Source of the DNA: Bradymonadia bacterium
GTDB taxonomy: Bacteria > Myxococcota_A > Bradymonadia > UBA7976 > UBA1532
Assembly (NCBI GenBank): GCA_046290225.1
Contig: JBKAGE010000037.1
Coordinates: 32,001-96,000, forward strand
DNA length: 64,000 bases
Reading direction: 5' to 3'
Positions within the stretch are counted from its first letter, which is position 1. The number at the start of each line of letters is the position of its first letter. Both the position numbers and the translations under genes were made by a program. Below, one piece after another: positions 37,422-46,543 of the stretch. Under the pieces are notes generated by a model. That model was not told the origin of the DNA. It ran no database searches and worked only from the letters and a program-made list of their open reading frames with translations.

Positions 37422-38228
37422 ATGACCACGCCTGGGCCACAGAGCCTCGTCGACATCGGCGCCAACCTCACCCACGAGAGCTTCAAGAGCGACCTCGACC
37501 AGGTCCTCGCCGAGGCAGAGGCTGCCGGTGTCCGGCGCCTCATCGTCACCGGCACCACGGTGGCCGACAGCGTCGAAGCTGCAGATCTCGCAGCACAGCA
37601 CCCTGGTCGGCTCTTCAGCACCGCCGGCGTGCACCCGCACTACGCCAAGGGCTGCGACGACCACACGCTCGGCCACCTGCGTACGCTCGCAGCGCGGCCC
37701 GAGGTGGTGGCCTTGGGTGAGGCGGGGCTCGACTACAACCGCGACTTCTCTCCACGACCCGTGCAACGACACTGGTGTGCGGCGCAGCTGCAGCTCGCCA
37801 CCGAGCTGAAGATGCCTGTCTTCTTGCACAGCCGGGACGCACACGCCGACATGCTCGCCCTCGTCTCCGAGCACCGTGATGGTCTCGTCGACGGTGTGGT
37901 GCACTGCTTCACGGGCACCGCCGAAGAGGCCAGGGACTGGCTCGATCTCGGCCTGCACATCGGCATCACCGGATGGATCTGCGACGAGCGTCGAGGCACC
38001 CATTTGAGAGAGGTGGTGAAGACGATCCCCCTCGATCGCCTGATGGTGGAGACGGACTGCCCCTACCTGATGCCCCGCACTCTGAGACCACGGCCCAAGA
38101 CCCGGCGCAATGTGCCGGCCCACCTGCCCCACGTCACCGAGATCCTCGCAGAGTGCATGGGGCTGCCCATAGACGAAGTTGCTCAGGGCACCACAGCCAC
38201 GGCGGAGCGTTTCTTCAGATTGGTCTGA
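37422..38228 (+). CDS. tatD: TatD-family DNase
   Basis: Motifs DIGANL, TAGVHPH, GEAGLDY, FLHSR, HCFTG and ETDCPYL. Confidence 0.93.
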   Translation: MTTPGPQSLVDIGANLTHESFKSDLDQVLAEAEAAGVRRLIVTGTTVADSVEAADLAAQHPGRLFSTAGVHPHYAKGCDDHTLGHLRTLAARPEVVALGEAGLDYNRDFSPRPVQRHWCAAQLQLATELKMPVFLHSRDAHADMLALVSEHRDGLVDGVVHCFTGTAEEARDWLDLGLHIGITGWICDERRGTHLREVVKTIPLDRLMVETDCPYLMPRTLRPRPKTRRNVPAHLPHVTEILAECMGLPIDEVAQGTTATAERFFRLV

Positions 38229-39599
38229 TCAGACAGCCAGACCAGGGAGAGGACCACCGGTGCCGTGCACGCCGAACTCGTTGACGTCGTCGAGGCCCAT
38301 GGCGTGCATGATCGACACCAGCACGTCGTTGTGTGGCTTGTCGAAGGTCTGCACGAACCGGCCCGTGTCGAAGTAACCACCCCCCTTACCAGCAATGACA
38401 TAGGGCATGTCGTTGTGGTTGTGGATGTGGCCGTCGCTGAGCTCGTTCGTCCAGATGAGGGTGGTGTTGTCGAGCAGGGTGCCCGTGCCTTCGGGGATCT
38501 TCTTCAGCTCGGTGATCAAGTACGCGAACTGCTCGGCATACCAGCGGTTGATGGCCACCAGAGCCCGCTCCTCCACAGTCTCCTCCGGCGCGGTGCCGTC
38601 GAAGAGGGTGTGGGAGATGGAGTGGTGCGACTGGAACACGGGCTGGGGCAAGAAGGTGAAGGGCAGATCGTTCGAGCCCTCCTGCCACATCAGCGAGGTC
38701 ACCCGGGTGATGTCGCAGGCGAGGGCCATGACGATGAGATCCATGTGCATGCGACCCACGGCGCCAAAACGATCAGGGTTGCCGTCAACGGTGAGGGCGT
38801 CGAAGTCGGCGACGTCGGGGATCTCACAGGCGCCGCCCACCGGGGGCAGTGGGATCTTCAGACGATCTTCCAGGCTCCTGATCTGCTCCAGGTGAGCCTC
38901 GAGCTTGATGCGATCACCCGCTGACAGCTGAGTCTTGATGCGATCGTAGTCCGCCTTCACCGAGTCGAGGATGGTGGCATCTCGAGGGTTGAGCCCTTCG
39001 ACGTCGCGCACGTCGAAGTCTCGAGTGAAGTCGGAGAAGAGCCGGGTCCAGGCTTGCCGGGGGTTCTGCTCGGGGGGCACGGGCAGATCGGCCCCTCGGT
39101 AGCTGATGCGGCCGAGGGGCGACGGGATGGTCTCCACGGCGAGCTCGAGAGAGGGCAGCCGTGTGGTGCGCCCCACCCGCTGAGCGATGAACTGATCGAC
39201 GCTGATGCCCCCAGCCCACTCTTTGGTCATGAGAGCGGCGGTGAGGGCCGTGGTCGTGCCCGCGGCGTGGCCGTTGTTGGTGATGCCCATCTCCATCGCC
39301 TCTCGGGCGGCCACCATGTCGGGGCCCTTGAGCACGATGAGATCTTGTTTGTGGGCCTCAAGTGGTGCCAGCACCGTCGACATCTGAAAATCGGCCCCCT
39401 CACCTGTGGGGGTCCACAAGCGCATGGGTTGCCCATTGGCGGTGTGGAAGACGATCAGACGCCTGGGGAACAGGTCTGTCTGGCCCCATGCCTTTCGCGG
39501 CAGGAGAGAGGGCAGAAAGGGCAGCCCGAGGGTCACCCCACCGAGTCCGCGGAGGAACTGACGGCGAGAAGGCATGATGGGTTTGGCGCGTCGTCTCAT
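38229..39599 (-). CDS. DUF1552-family Tat-exported protein
   Basis: SRRQFLRGLGGVTLGLPFLPSL, SVDQFIA, ALACDITRV and GTLLDNT motifs. Confidence 0.85.
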   Translation of the reverse strand: MRRRAKPIMPSRRQFLRGLGGVTLGLPFLPSLLPRKAWGQTDLFPRRLIVFHTANGQPMRLWTPTGEGADFQMSTVLAPLEAHKQDLIVLKGPDMVAAREAMEMGITNNGHAAGTTTALTAALMTKEWAGGISVDQFIAQRVGRTTRLPSLELAVETIPSPLGRISYRGADLPVPPEQNPRQAWTRLFSDFTRDFDVRDVEGLNPRDATILDSVKADYDRIKTQLSAGDRIKLEAHLEQIRSLEDRLKIPLPPVGGACEIPDVADFDALTVDGNPDRFGAVGRMHMDLIVMALACDITRVTSLMWQEGSNDLPFTFLPQPVFQSHHSISHTLFDGTAPEETVEERALVAINRWYAEQFAYLITELKKIPEGTGTLLDNTTLIWTNELSDGHIHNHNDMPYVIAGKGGGYFDTGRFVQTFDKPHNDVLVSIMHAMGLDDVNEFGVHGTGGPLPGLAV

Positions 39600-39653
39600 G
39601 GCGGAGAGAAGGGTAGCGAATTCCCCGCCTCGACACCACGATTGTTGCCTACA

Positions 39654-40349
39654 TCAACTGACGGGTGGGTCACCCACAGGCCAGTCTTGCGACGGCTGCA
39701 ACAACAACGCACGCTGCAGTGCCTCGGAGAATCGGCGCCGTGGCCACTCTTGAGCACCGAAGCGAGCCAGATGGTCGGTGTGCACCTGACAATCGATCAG
39801 CTTGAAGCCGAAGGCCGCGAGCTGCGGCACCAACGTGGCGAAGGTGATCTTCGAAGCGTCAGGGGCCAGAGCGAACATCGACTCGCCGAAGAACACGCCC
39901 CCGAGAGTGACCCCGTAGAGGCCGCCGACCAGCCGCTCGCCCTGCCACGCCTCGGCGCTGTGGGCATACCCCGCGTGGTGCAAGGCCATATAGGCATTCA
40001 GCATGTCGTCGGTGATCCAGGTGCCCTCCTGCATCGGCCGGGGCACATCGGCGCAGGCGGTGATCACCTCGGCGAAGGCGGTGTCGTACTTGATCTCGTA
40101 CGGGGCCCGCTTGATGGCCTTGCGCAGGCTCCGACCCACATACAACTGCTCAGGCTCGAGGACCATGCGGTCAGGGGGCGCGTGCCAGATGATCGGATCC
40201 CCAGGGTTGAACCAGGGAAAAATCCCCACGCTGTAGCCTCGCAGCAGCCGCTCCACCGACAAATCACCACCGATGGCGATGACCCCGCTGGGATCAGCGA
40301 GCTCCGGATCGGGAAATCGCATCGAGTCGTCGAGCAAGAAGATGGGCAT
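39654..40349 (-). CDS. aat: Leucyl/phenylalanyl-tRNA--protein transferase (second copy)
   Basis: GGDLS.ERLL..Y..GIFPW, TWIT, GGLYG, FFGESMF and LIDCQ motifs. Confidence 0.95.
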   Translation of the reverse strand: MPIFLLDDSMRFPDPELADPSGVIAIGGDLSVERLLRGYSVGIFPWFNPGDPIIWHAPPDRMVLEPEQLYVGRSLRKAIKRAPYEIKYDTAFAEVITACADVPRPMQEGTWITDDMLNAYMALHHAGYAHSAEAWQGERLVGGLYGVTLGGVFFGESMFALAPDASKITFATLVPQLAAFGFKLIDCQVHTDHLARFGAQEWPRRRFSEALQRALLLQPSQDWPVGDPPVS

Positions 40350-40355
40350 GAGGCG

Positions 40356-40955
40356 TTACCCTCCTCTGCCGTGGGCCAGCTGAGGCCGAGACCACTCCTC
40401 GGCGGTGATGGCATAAATTTCGTGATCCGCCCACTCGCCATCGATGAAGAGGAACCGCGCCGCGAGCCCTTCACGGCGCAGACCACACCGCCGGGCCAGA
40501 GCGAGGCTGGCCACGTTGTGGGGTCGTATGGCCGCTTGGGCCCGGTGCAGCCCCATAGATCCGAAGGCCACTCCCAGGGCCAGACTCAAGGCCTCCGACA
40601 TGAGCCCGCGCCCGGCGTACTCCACATCGATCCAGTACCCCAACGCGGCGTTCTGGAACACGCTGCGCACCACCTCGGTGAACGTGACCCTGCCGATGAA
40701 GCGATCTGTTCGTCGATCAGCCACCACCAGCGCGTAGGCCTGATCGTTGCGCCACTGGTTGCGCTGGTGCCTGATTTGGGCTTTACAGCCCCGCAGGTGA
40801 TCGTCCTCCGGTGCCATCATCGGGATCCACGGGCCCAGGAACTCGCGGGATCTGTGCCGTACGGCGAGCACGTCGCCGGCGTCGGTGACTCGGGGGGCCC
40901 GCAGGGTGATGCGATCGCCGTGCAGACAGAATGTGAGGGGCAGACGGTTCTTCAC
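40356..40955 (-). CDS. RimJ/RimL-family GNAT acetyltransferase
   Basis: LGYWID...GRGLMSEAL, LHRAQAAIRPHN.AS and IDGEWADH motifs. Confidence 0.88.
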   Translation of the reverse strand: MKNRLPLTFCLHGDRITLRAPRVTDAGDVLAVRHRSREFLGPWIPMMAPEDDHLRGCKAQIRHQRNQWRNDQAYALVVADRRTDRFIGRVTFTEVVRSVFQNAALGYWIDVEYAGRGLMSEALSLALGVAFGSMGLHRAQAAIRPHNVASLALARRCGLRREGLAARFLFIDGEWADHEIYAITAEEWSRPQLAHGRGG

Positions 40956-41013
40956 GGGGAGATTATGCGGTGGGCAGCGACCGGGAATCTACGTTCCTCA
41001 TCTTGAAGCGGTC

Positions 41014-41886
41014 ATGATCGACGCCACAGACATCTTGTACGGGGCCCTGCCAGCGGCCGCATTCGCCGGTGTGGTGGCCGTGGGGGTCACCGTCGCCATC
41101 GAGCGATTCGGCGGCCGGGTGGGCGGTTTGCTGGGCACGCTGCCCACCACGATCGTCCCCGCGAGCGTGGGCATCTTCAGCGAGGCCCAGAGCGCTGAGG
41201 CCTTCGTGAGGGCCATGGACGCGGTGCCTGCAGGTATGTGGCTCAACGCGATGTTCTTGTGGCTCTGGCGCGTGGTCCCCCAACGGCTGCCCGACGGTGC
41301 CCTGGGCACGCGCCTCGCCTGGATGTCGGCCATCTCCCTCGGCGCCTGGCTCACCGCTGCGGTGGCGCTGGTGTACGGCAGCGGCGCCCTCGTGGATGCC
41401 GGGATCGACACACTGTGGCTCAGTCTCGGTGGCTTCGGGTTGCTCGTCGGCGTGGGCCTGGCGGCCTGTCGCGGGCTCAAGCCCACCCCCAAGGGCAGCC
41501 GCCCGGTGCCCATCACCGCACTGATCCTGCGGGGGCTCTTCGCCGCCAGCAGCATTGGGGCCGCGGTCTGGGTGGCAGCAGTGGGGGGCGAGGTCGCCGC
41601 AGGGGTGGTCTCAGTGTTCCCCGCCATCTTCCTCACCACGATGGTGGCCCTGTGGCTGGCCCAGGGTGAGGCCGTTCCTGCTGGAGCCGTGGGCCCCATG
41701 ATGCTCGGCGCCTCAAGCGTCGCCGGGTTCGCCCTCTATGCGCGGTGGCTGATCCCCGAGCTGGGCCCCTGGGGCGGCACGCCCATCGCCTGGGTGCTCG
41801 CCGCCCTCACCACCACATTGCCCGCCAGCGCCTGGCTCGCTCGACAGGCCCGCCGCAGCCTCGACGCAGCCGAGGCTGTGCACTGA
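41014..41886 (+). CDS. Multi-pass membrane protein with two internal repeats
   Basis: About 9-10 hydrophobic helices; GG.VGGLLGTLP and GG.VAAGVVSVFP repeat halves. Confidence 0.7.
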   Translation: MIDATDILYGALPAAAFAGVVAVGVTVAIERFGGRVGGLLGTLPTTIVPASVGIFSEAQSAEAFVRAMDAVPAGMWLNAMFLWLWRVVPQRLPDGALGTRLAWMSAISLGAWLTAAVALVYGSGALVDAGIDTLWLSLGGFGLLVGVGLAACRGLKPTPKGSRPVPITALILRGLFAASSIGAAVWVAAVGGEVAAGVVSVFPAIFLTTMVALWLAQGEAVPAGAVGPMMLGASSVAGFALYARWLIPELGPWGGTPIAWVLAALTTTLPASAWLARQARRSLDAAEAVH

Positions 41887-43107
41887 GAAGGCGCCGCCGC
41901 CGGCCCAACCGGTGACCTCGGTTACCCCGGTTGAGTCCTCGCCCGCCACGATCCCGCTCAGCCGGGGCAGGATGTGCGTCTCCCATTGCGGCCCCTGCTC
42001 CATGATCACCCAACGTCGGCCCATCTTGTGGGCCACCGCCGCCGTGGTGCCCGAGCCACCAAAGGCGTCGAGCACCCAGTCACCTGGGGCTGTCGCCAGC
42101 TCCAGCAGAGACATCAAGAGGCGCTCGGGCTTCTTCCCTGCTCTGAACGGCACACCACCCTCATGACGGCAGTTGCCGAAGGCCCGGGCCATGTCGATCA
42201 AGTTCGATACGGGCCGTACACGCCCCACGTGCTCACCCTGCTCGAGGGCATGGCGGACCGCCTCGGGCACCCCCTGAAAATAGCGCCCTCGCACAGCCCC
42301 TTGCCGTCGAGGCCCCGCGAAGACTCGCCACGGCAGCCCGTCCTCCCCGATGCCCTCTACACGGTAGACAGCACCCAGACCGTCGAGCGCCACCCGGCCC
42401 ATGAGGTGATCGCGAAAGAACCGCCCTGACGAGTTGCCGTCGAGCACGGCCCCCGACGCCCAAACCTCTTTCAGGCCATCGATCCCCGGCGGTCCTCGGC
42501 GAGCGTGGTGATCTTCAGGACGAAAGATCTGCACCCGCCGCCCGCCGAGCTCGATCTCTGCCGAGGGGGCCGACCACTCGAAGCGCCAGACGAACCGAGA
42601 CAGATCATAGGGCTCTTGAGGGCGATAGAGGCGGGGGCTCTGCACCCCATACCCGTGCACGTGCTCGATCAGATTGTGGAAAGGCCGGTCTTCAGTGAGG
42701 GTCTTCTGTGGTGATCTCACCTGCACATAGAGCGTGACGAGGTGATGCTGACGGCCGAACACCTCGTCCATCAGCACCTTGAGGTAGGCGCTCTCGGCGT
42801 CGTCGATGTGGGCCCACACGACTGCATCAGGGGCCAGCAACGGCACCAATGCCTCGAGGCAGTCCCGCATCTCCGCCCGCCAGACCTCCGAGTCGAGATC
42901 GTCATCGTAGTGTGCTCGCCGAACTCTGCCGTTGTACGGCGGATCGAGATAGGCACACTTCACCCGACCTGCCAGAGGCCCACGGGCGAGGGCCCGCATG
43001 CTCGCCACGCAGTCCCCCACCATCAGCCGGCCTGTGGGCGCCCCCTCGCCCACCTGCGCCACCGATGGCCCCCAGCCTGCATCTTCAGTGCTCGCGTCCA
43101 TGCCCAC
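41713..43107 (-). CDS. Beta-class adenine DNA methyltransferase (type III Mod-like), orphan
   Basis: YLDPPYN precedes KKPE.L...LDAFGGSGTT.AVAHKMGRRW and W.GGG.F; no Res subunit nearby. Confidence 0.85.
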   Translation of the reverse strand: MGMDASTEDAGWGPSVAQVGEGAPTGRLMVGDCVASMRALARGPLAGRVKCAYLDPPYNGRVRRAHYDDDLDSEVWRAEMRDCLEALVPLLAPDAVVWAHIDDAESAYLKVLMDEVFGRQHHLVTLYVQVRSPQKTLTEDRPFHNLIEHVHGYGVQSPRLYRPQEPYDLSRFVWRFEWSAPSAEIELGGRRVQIFRPEDHHARRGPPGIDGLKEVWASGAVLDGNSSGRFFRDHLMGRVALDGLGAVYRVEGIGEDGLPWRVFAGPRRQGAVRGRYFQGVPEAVRHALEQGEHVGRVRPVSNLIDMARAFGNCRHEGGVPFRAGKKPERLLMSLLELATAPGDWVLDAFGGSGTTAAVAHKMGRRWVIMEQGPQWETHILPRLSGIVAGEDSTGVTEVTGWAGGGAFSVHSLGCVEAAAGLSSEPGAGGQCGGEGGEHPGDGRAAPGAQLGDQPPRIEGEPGDA

Positions 43108-43193
43108 ACGATGGTACAGGCTCAGCGAGCAAGCCAGTTCTCACCTCTGGAGCCCCAGTCAGGCTCACAGTTGGCGTCACAGTTGGAGTCACA

Positions 43194-43850
43194 GTGAAGC
43201 GCGCCGAAAAAGCGAACCGCATCATCAGCATCCTCGATGAGCTCTTCCCCGAGACCCCCATCCCTCTCGATCACGACGATCCGTACACCTTGTTGGTGGC
43301 GGTGCTGCTCAGCGCTCAGAGCACCGACAAGAAGGTGAACGAGATCACCCCAGCCCTCTTCGCTCGAGCGCGTACCCCCGCAGAGATGGCCGCCCTCGAC
43401 ACCGACGAGATCATCGAGCTGATCAGACAGATCGGTCTGGCACCGACCAAAGGCAAGAACATCAAAGCGCTCAGCGAGATGCTCCTCGAGCGACACGACG
43501 GCGAGGTCCCTCAGAGTCTGGAGGCGCTCGAGGCCCTGCCCGGCGTGGGGCACAAGACCGCCTCGGTGGTGATGAGTCAGGCCTTCGGGGTGCCTGCCTT
43601 CCCAGTGGACACCCACATCCACCGTCTCGCTGCCCGCTGGGGGCTCTCGAACGGCAGCAACGTGGTAAAGACCGAGGCCGACCTCAAGAAGCTGTTTCCC
43701 AAAGCGCGCTGGAACAGCCTTCACCTGCAAATCATCTTCTTCGGCAGGGCCCATTGCCCCGCTCGCGGGCACAACTTGTTGGAATGCCCCATCTGCAGCT
43801 GGGCCGCGACGAAGAAGAGGATCCGCCAGGAGATGGGCCCCGTGATTTGA
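43194..43850 (+). CDS. nth: Endonuclease III
   Basis: LLVAVLLSAQSTD, HhH motif LPGVGHKTASVV, and VDTHIHRL. Confidence 0.93.
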   Translation: MKRAEKANRIISILDELFPETPIPLDHDDPYTLLVAVLLSAQSTDKKVNEITPALFARARTPAEMAALDTDEIIELIRQIGLAPTKGKNIKALSEMLLERHDGEVPQSLEALEALPGVGHKTASVVMSQAFGVPAFPVDTHIHRLAARWGLSNGSNVVKTEADLKKLFPKARWNSLHLQIIFFGRAHCPARGHNLLECPICSWAATKKRIRQEMGPVI

Positions 43851-43915
43851 TTCCGCGCTATAACAAGCGTCGGCACACGCCATTGTTCAACTCACAACGG
43901 CACTCAAAGGCAGAC

Positions 43916-44740
43916 ATGACCGTGACACAACGGCTGATCTCCCCACTTCTCCTCGGCGCACTCGCGCTTCTCCCTGCGTGCAAGGGCGACGCGCCCACGC
44001 CACCCGCTGGCGCTCAGAAGAGCGCCAAGGGTGCTCAGAAGGGCACCCCGGCGGTGCCCAACCTGGGCAAGCCCGGTGACGGCTTCGACCTGCCCAAGAT
44101 GCGGTCCAGCCTCGACGGCACCTGGATCATCAACCCCCAGTGGGGTCAGCGCATCGACGTGTGGCACCTCGACGGCAGCAAGGCGAAGCTGCTGCGTGGG
44201 GCTCTGGAGCGCGAGGTGGACGCGCTGGTCGACCTGCACGCCCCCTGTCGGATCCGCTTCACCACCAAGGGGGTCAAAGGCGGACCAGACTTCAGCTGGA
44301 CACGTAACTTCGTGCTCGAAGAGGGCAAATTGTTCGCAGGCCAGGCAGCTACGGGCTTGATCCAGGGCGATCGCACCATCGTCTGCGGGCGCCAGGGCAC
44401 CTTCATCAAGCAAGGCGATCAATGCGCCTATCACCCGATGCTCAAGCCCGGGGCCAAAAAGAACGCCAAGGTCCCTGCACCTGTGGCCGCGAAGTGCAGC
44501 CTCGAGGGTCAGTCCTTCGAGGCCCAGGCAGGCAAGGTGAAGGCGAAGCTCACCCGCCGCGGCGAGATCCTGGTGGCAGACGCGGTCCGACCTCTGGAGA
44601 AGATGCCGAGCTTCGAGGCTGCGAAGACGCGCTTCAGGCAAGCAAGCATGCGCCGACCCGGTGAAGCCCTGGAGCCGATCAAGGGCAGGGTGGAAGACAT
44701 GAAGCCGCCGACCCCCGCACCGAGCAGTCAACCGCAATGA
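43916..44740 (+). CDS. Hypothetical lipoprotein
   Basis: LPAC lipobox; Lys/Pro-rich linker. Confidence 0.65.
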   Translation: MTVTQRLISPLLLGALALLPACKGDAPTPPAGAQKSAKGAQKGTPAVPNLGKPGDGFDLPKMRSSLDGTWIINPQWGQRIDVWHLDGSKAKLLRGALEREVDALVDLHAPCRIRFTTKGVKGGPDFSWTRNFVLEEGKLFAGQAATGLIQGDRTIVCGRQGTFIKQGDQCAYHPMLKPGAKKNAKVPAPVAAKCSLEGQSFEAQAGKVKAKLTRRGEILVADAVRPLEKMPSFEAAKTRFRQASMRRPGEALEPIKGRVEDMKPPTPAPSSQPQ

Positions 44741-44892
44741 CGGCCATTCTTCGGGCCATCTGAGCACCCCCGATACATCGTCAGTTGCAGGTGCCCTTCC
44801 GCCGAATCGTCGGAGCACATCTAAAAAAGCTGACAGCGCCCTTCGTGTCCACTAGACACATACTATCGTTCACACACGAAGAGAGCATCCTC

Positions 44893-45249
44893 ATGCGCAT
44901 CCTCGTCGCTGGCGCTGTCGGTTGGACTGATCGCGAAGTCATTCATCGTGAGCTGAGTTGTTGCCCTGAGGCCACCCACATCATCACGGGTGATGCTCCG
45001 GGGGCTGACGCCCTCGCCGAAGAGGTGGGGCAAGGCCTCGGCTTCAGCGTGCAGCGGATGCACAAAAACAAGAAGGATTATGAGCGGTATGGCCGCGGCG
45101 CATGGAAAGGGCTCAATGAGCGCATGCTGGCTCAAGGGCCTGATCGAGTGCTCATTTTCCACCCGGCCATCGAGAAGAGCCGCGGCAGCAAGCACATGGG
45201 CAAGATCGCAGAAGCAGCGGGGGTAGAGGTGCAGGTGTTCAGCGGCTGA
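44893..45249 (+). CDS. SLOG-superfamily protein (YspA/DUF2493-like)
   Basis: MRILVAG, IITGDAPGADALA, YGRGA...NERML and SRGSKHM pattern. Confidence 0.75.
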   Translation: MRILVAGAVGWTDREVIHRELSCCPEATHIITGDAPGADALAEEVGQGLGFSVQRMHKNKKDYERYGRGAWKGLNERMLAQGPDRVLIFHPAIEKSRGSKHMGKIAEAAGVEVQVFSG

Positions 45250-45265
45250 TCACCTGCACCTCTAC
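45223..45265. terminator. Perfect 15-bp hairpin at the convergence of the SLOG gene and the tRNA array
   Basis: GTAGAGGTGCAGGTG (45223-45237) pairs with CACCTGCACCTCTAC (45251-45265); no U-tract. Confidence 0.55.
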
Positions 45266-45269
45266 GTCG

Positions 45270-45353
45270 TACCGGAGGTCGGAGTCGAACCGACAAGGCC
45301 ATCACAGCCAACCTGGTTTGAGCAGGCCGCGTTTACCATTTCGCCACTCCGGC
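45270..45353 (-). tRNA. tRNA-Leu(CAA), long variable arm
   Basis: GCCGGAG...GCCTG-CT-CAA-AC-CAGGT...GTCGG-TTCGACT-CCGAC-CTCCGGT-A; no encoded CCA. Confidence 0.9.
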
Positions 45354-45471
45354 AAAAGACACCTCGCCTCTCTGAGAGAGACGAGGCGCCCCGCCCCTGA
45401 TCGTGCACGCCATGGATGAGGCTCGAACTGACACAGCCAGATCGTGCTCTGCACTCGCCACGGCGCATATG

Positions 45472-45558
45472 CGGAAGAGGAGGGAGTCGAACCCCCAAGG
45501 CTTTTCACAGCTCGACCGGGTTCAAACCGGCTGCCGTCACCTGTCGGCTTGCTCTTCC
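45472..45558 (-). tRNA. tRNA-Ser(TGA), atypical D-arm
   Basis: GGAAGAG...GCCGG-TT-TGA-AC-CCGGT...GGGGG-TTCGACT-CCCTC-CTCTTCC-G. Confidence 0.88.
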
Positions 45559-45585
45559 AGTTGGGCTACGGTGCTCCGGCTTTTG

Positions 45586-45752
45586 GCTCCGGTGCTCCGG
45601 CCTCATCGCCCGCCATCAGGGCGGCGATCTGGCGCCCAGATGCGGCGCTCCGATCCTCGACGTAGCCTCTGGCTACGCCTGCGGTCGGAACACCACATCT
45701 GAACACCACCTCACCACCCTGCTGACGAGCGCTGCGACCTCCGCACCTCCGC
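45586..45752 (-). repeat. Long-hairpin repeat, copy A
   Basis: Minus strand: GCGGAGGTGCGGAGG...CAGATGTGGTG...CGCAGGCGTAGCCAGAGGCTACGTCGAG...GCCGGAGCACCGGAGC. Confidence 0.75.
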
Positions 45753-45832
45753 GTGCCCGGCCTGATGTTGGCTCCAGTTTTGTGTTGCTGGAGCCCACGT
45801 TAATCTGGGCCCGTGGACCCTTTGGCTTGTCG

Positions 45833-45917
45833 TGGATGGGGAGGGAATCGAACCCCCGGGGTGCGTACGCACGGCGGGACTACAAGCCGCCCCGGCCCCC
45901 TACCGGTCTACCCATCC
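45833..45917 (-). tRNA. tRNA-Tyr(GTA), degenerate (C31-C39 mismatch, G37); possibly a pseudo-tRNA
   Basis: GGATGGG...GCGGC-TT-GTA-GT-CCCGC-C-GTGCGTACGCAC...GGTTCGATTCC...CCCATCC-A. Confidence 0.7.
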
Positions 45918-46016
45918 AAAAATGTTCGCCCACAGGGGCTCGGCAGCTCGTCGATGGGTGAGCACCGCGCATGTGCACTCGATCACCAACCAGACGCTGA
46001 GCCCCTGGGCAAAATG

Positions 46017-46101
46017 TGGACAGGGAGGGAGTCGAACCCACGGGGTGCGTACGCACAGCGGATTTACAGTCCGCTCCGGCCCCCCACCGGACTACCTGTC
46101 C
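46017..46101 (-). tRNA. tRNA-Tyr(GTA), atypical D-arm
   Basis: GGACAGG...GCGGA-CT-GTA-AA-TCCGC-T-GTGCGTACGCAC...GGGTTCGACTCCC...CCTGTCC-A. Confidence 0.85.
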
Positions 46102-46153
46102 AAAAGGCGCTCATTCACAGGGGTCGAATGACCCCACTCGAACCCAAAGCACA

Positions 46154-46326
46154 TATGTACTTGCCCCGCGGAGGCTCTGGGGCTCGGTGGCTGGCCGGTG
46201 AGTGAGTGTGCAGTCGTGGTGGCAAAAGCGCAGGCGTGGCCGGAGGCCCCGTCGAGCATTTTGACGCCGCGAAAGTACGCTCAATCGCCGGCCAGACGCC
46301 GGGCCCCAGAGCCGGAGCGCCGGAGC
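46154..46326 (+). repeat. Long-hairpin repeat, copy B
   Basis: TATGTACTTGCCCCGCGGAGG...AAAGCGCAGGCG...CGTCGAGCATTT...GCCGGAGCGCCGGAG; folds by eye into a ~140-nt hairpin with many G-T pairs on the plus strand. Confidence 0.78.
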
Positions 46327-46334
46327 AAAAAGTG

Positions 46335-46422
46335 CGGAGGCGGAGGGATTCGAACCCCCACGACCCTTGCGGGCCCTACCAAGGTAGCAACCTGGCCTCT
46401 TCACCAATTTGAGTACGCCTCC
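46335..46422 (-). tRNA. tRNA-Ser(GCT)
   Basis: GGAGGCG...CCAGG-TT-GCT-AC-CTTGG...GGGGG-TTCGAAT-CCCTC-CGCCTCC-G. Confidence 0.9.
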
Positions 46423-46449
46423 ACACAAGGCTGAGCTGTCACGCATCAG

Positions 46450-46534
46450 TGCCGCGAGCCGGATTCGAACCGGCACGACCAAAGGCGGTCCCCGGGCTCT
46501 CAACCCGGTGTGTCTTCCGTTCCACCACCACGGC
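46450..46534 (-). tRNA. tRNA-Leu(GAG)
   Basis: GCCGTGG...CCGGG-TT-GAG-AG-CCCGG...GCCGG-TTCGAAT-CCGGC-TCGCGGC-A. Confidence 0.9.
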
Positions 46535-46543
46535 AAAAATCAG

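Noticed and set aside
43165..43196. 12-bp tandem TCACAGTTGGMG units before nth
   Set aside because: Only ~2.5 copies with no evident function; likely replication slippage.
46154..46326. SRP RNA or 6S RNA
   Set aside because: It lacks the SRP GGAA tetraloop/AGCAG motif and occurs as three divergent copies, which fits a repeat family.
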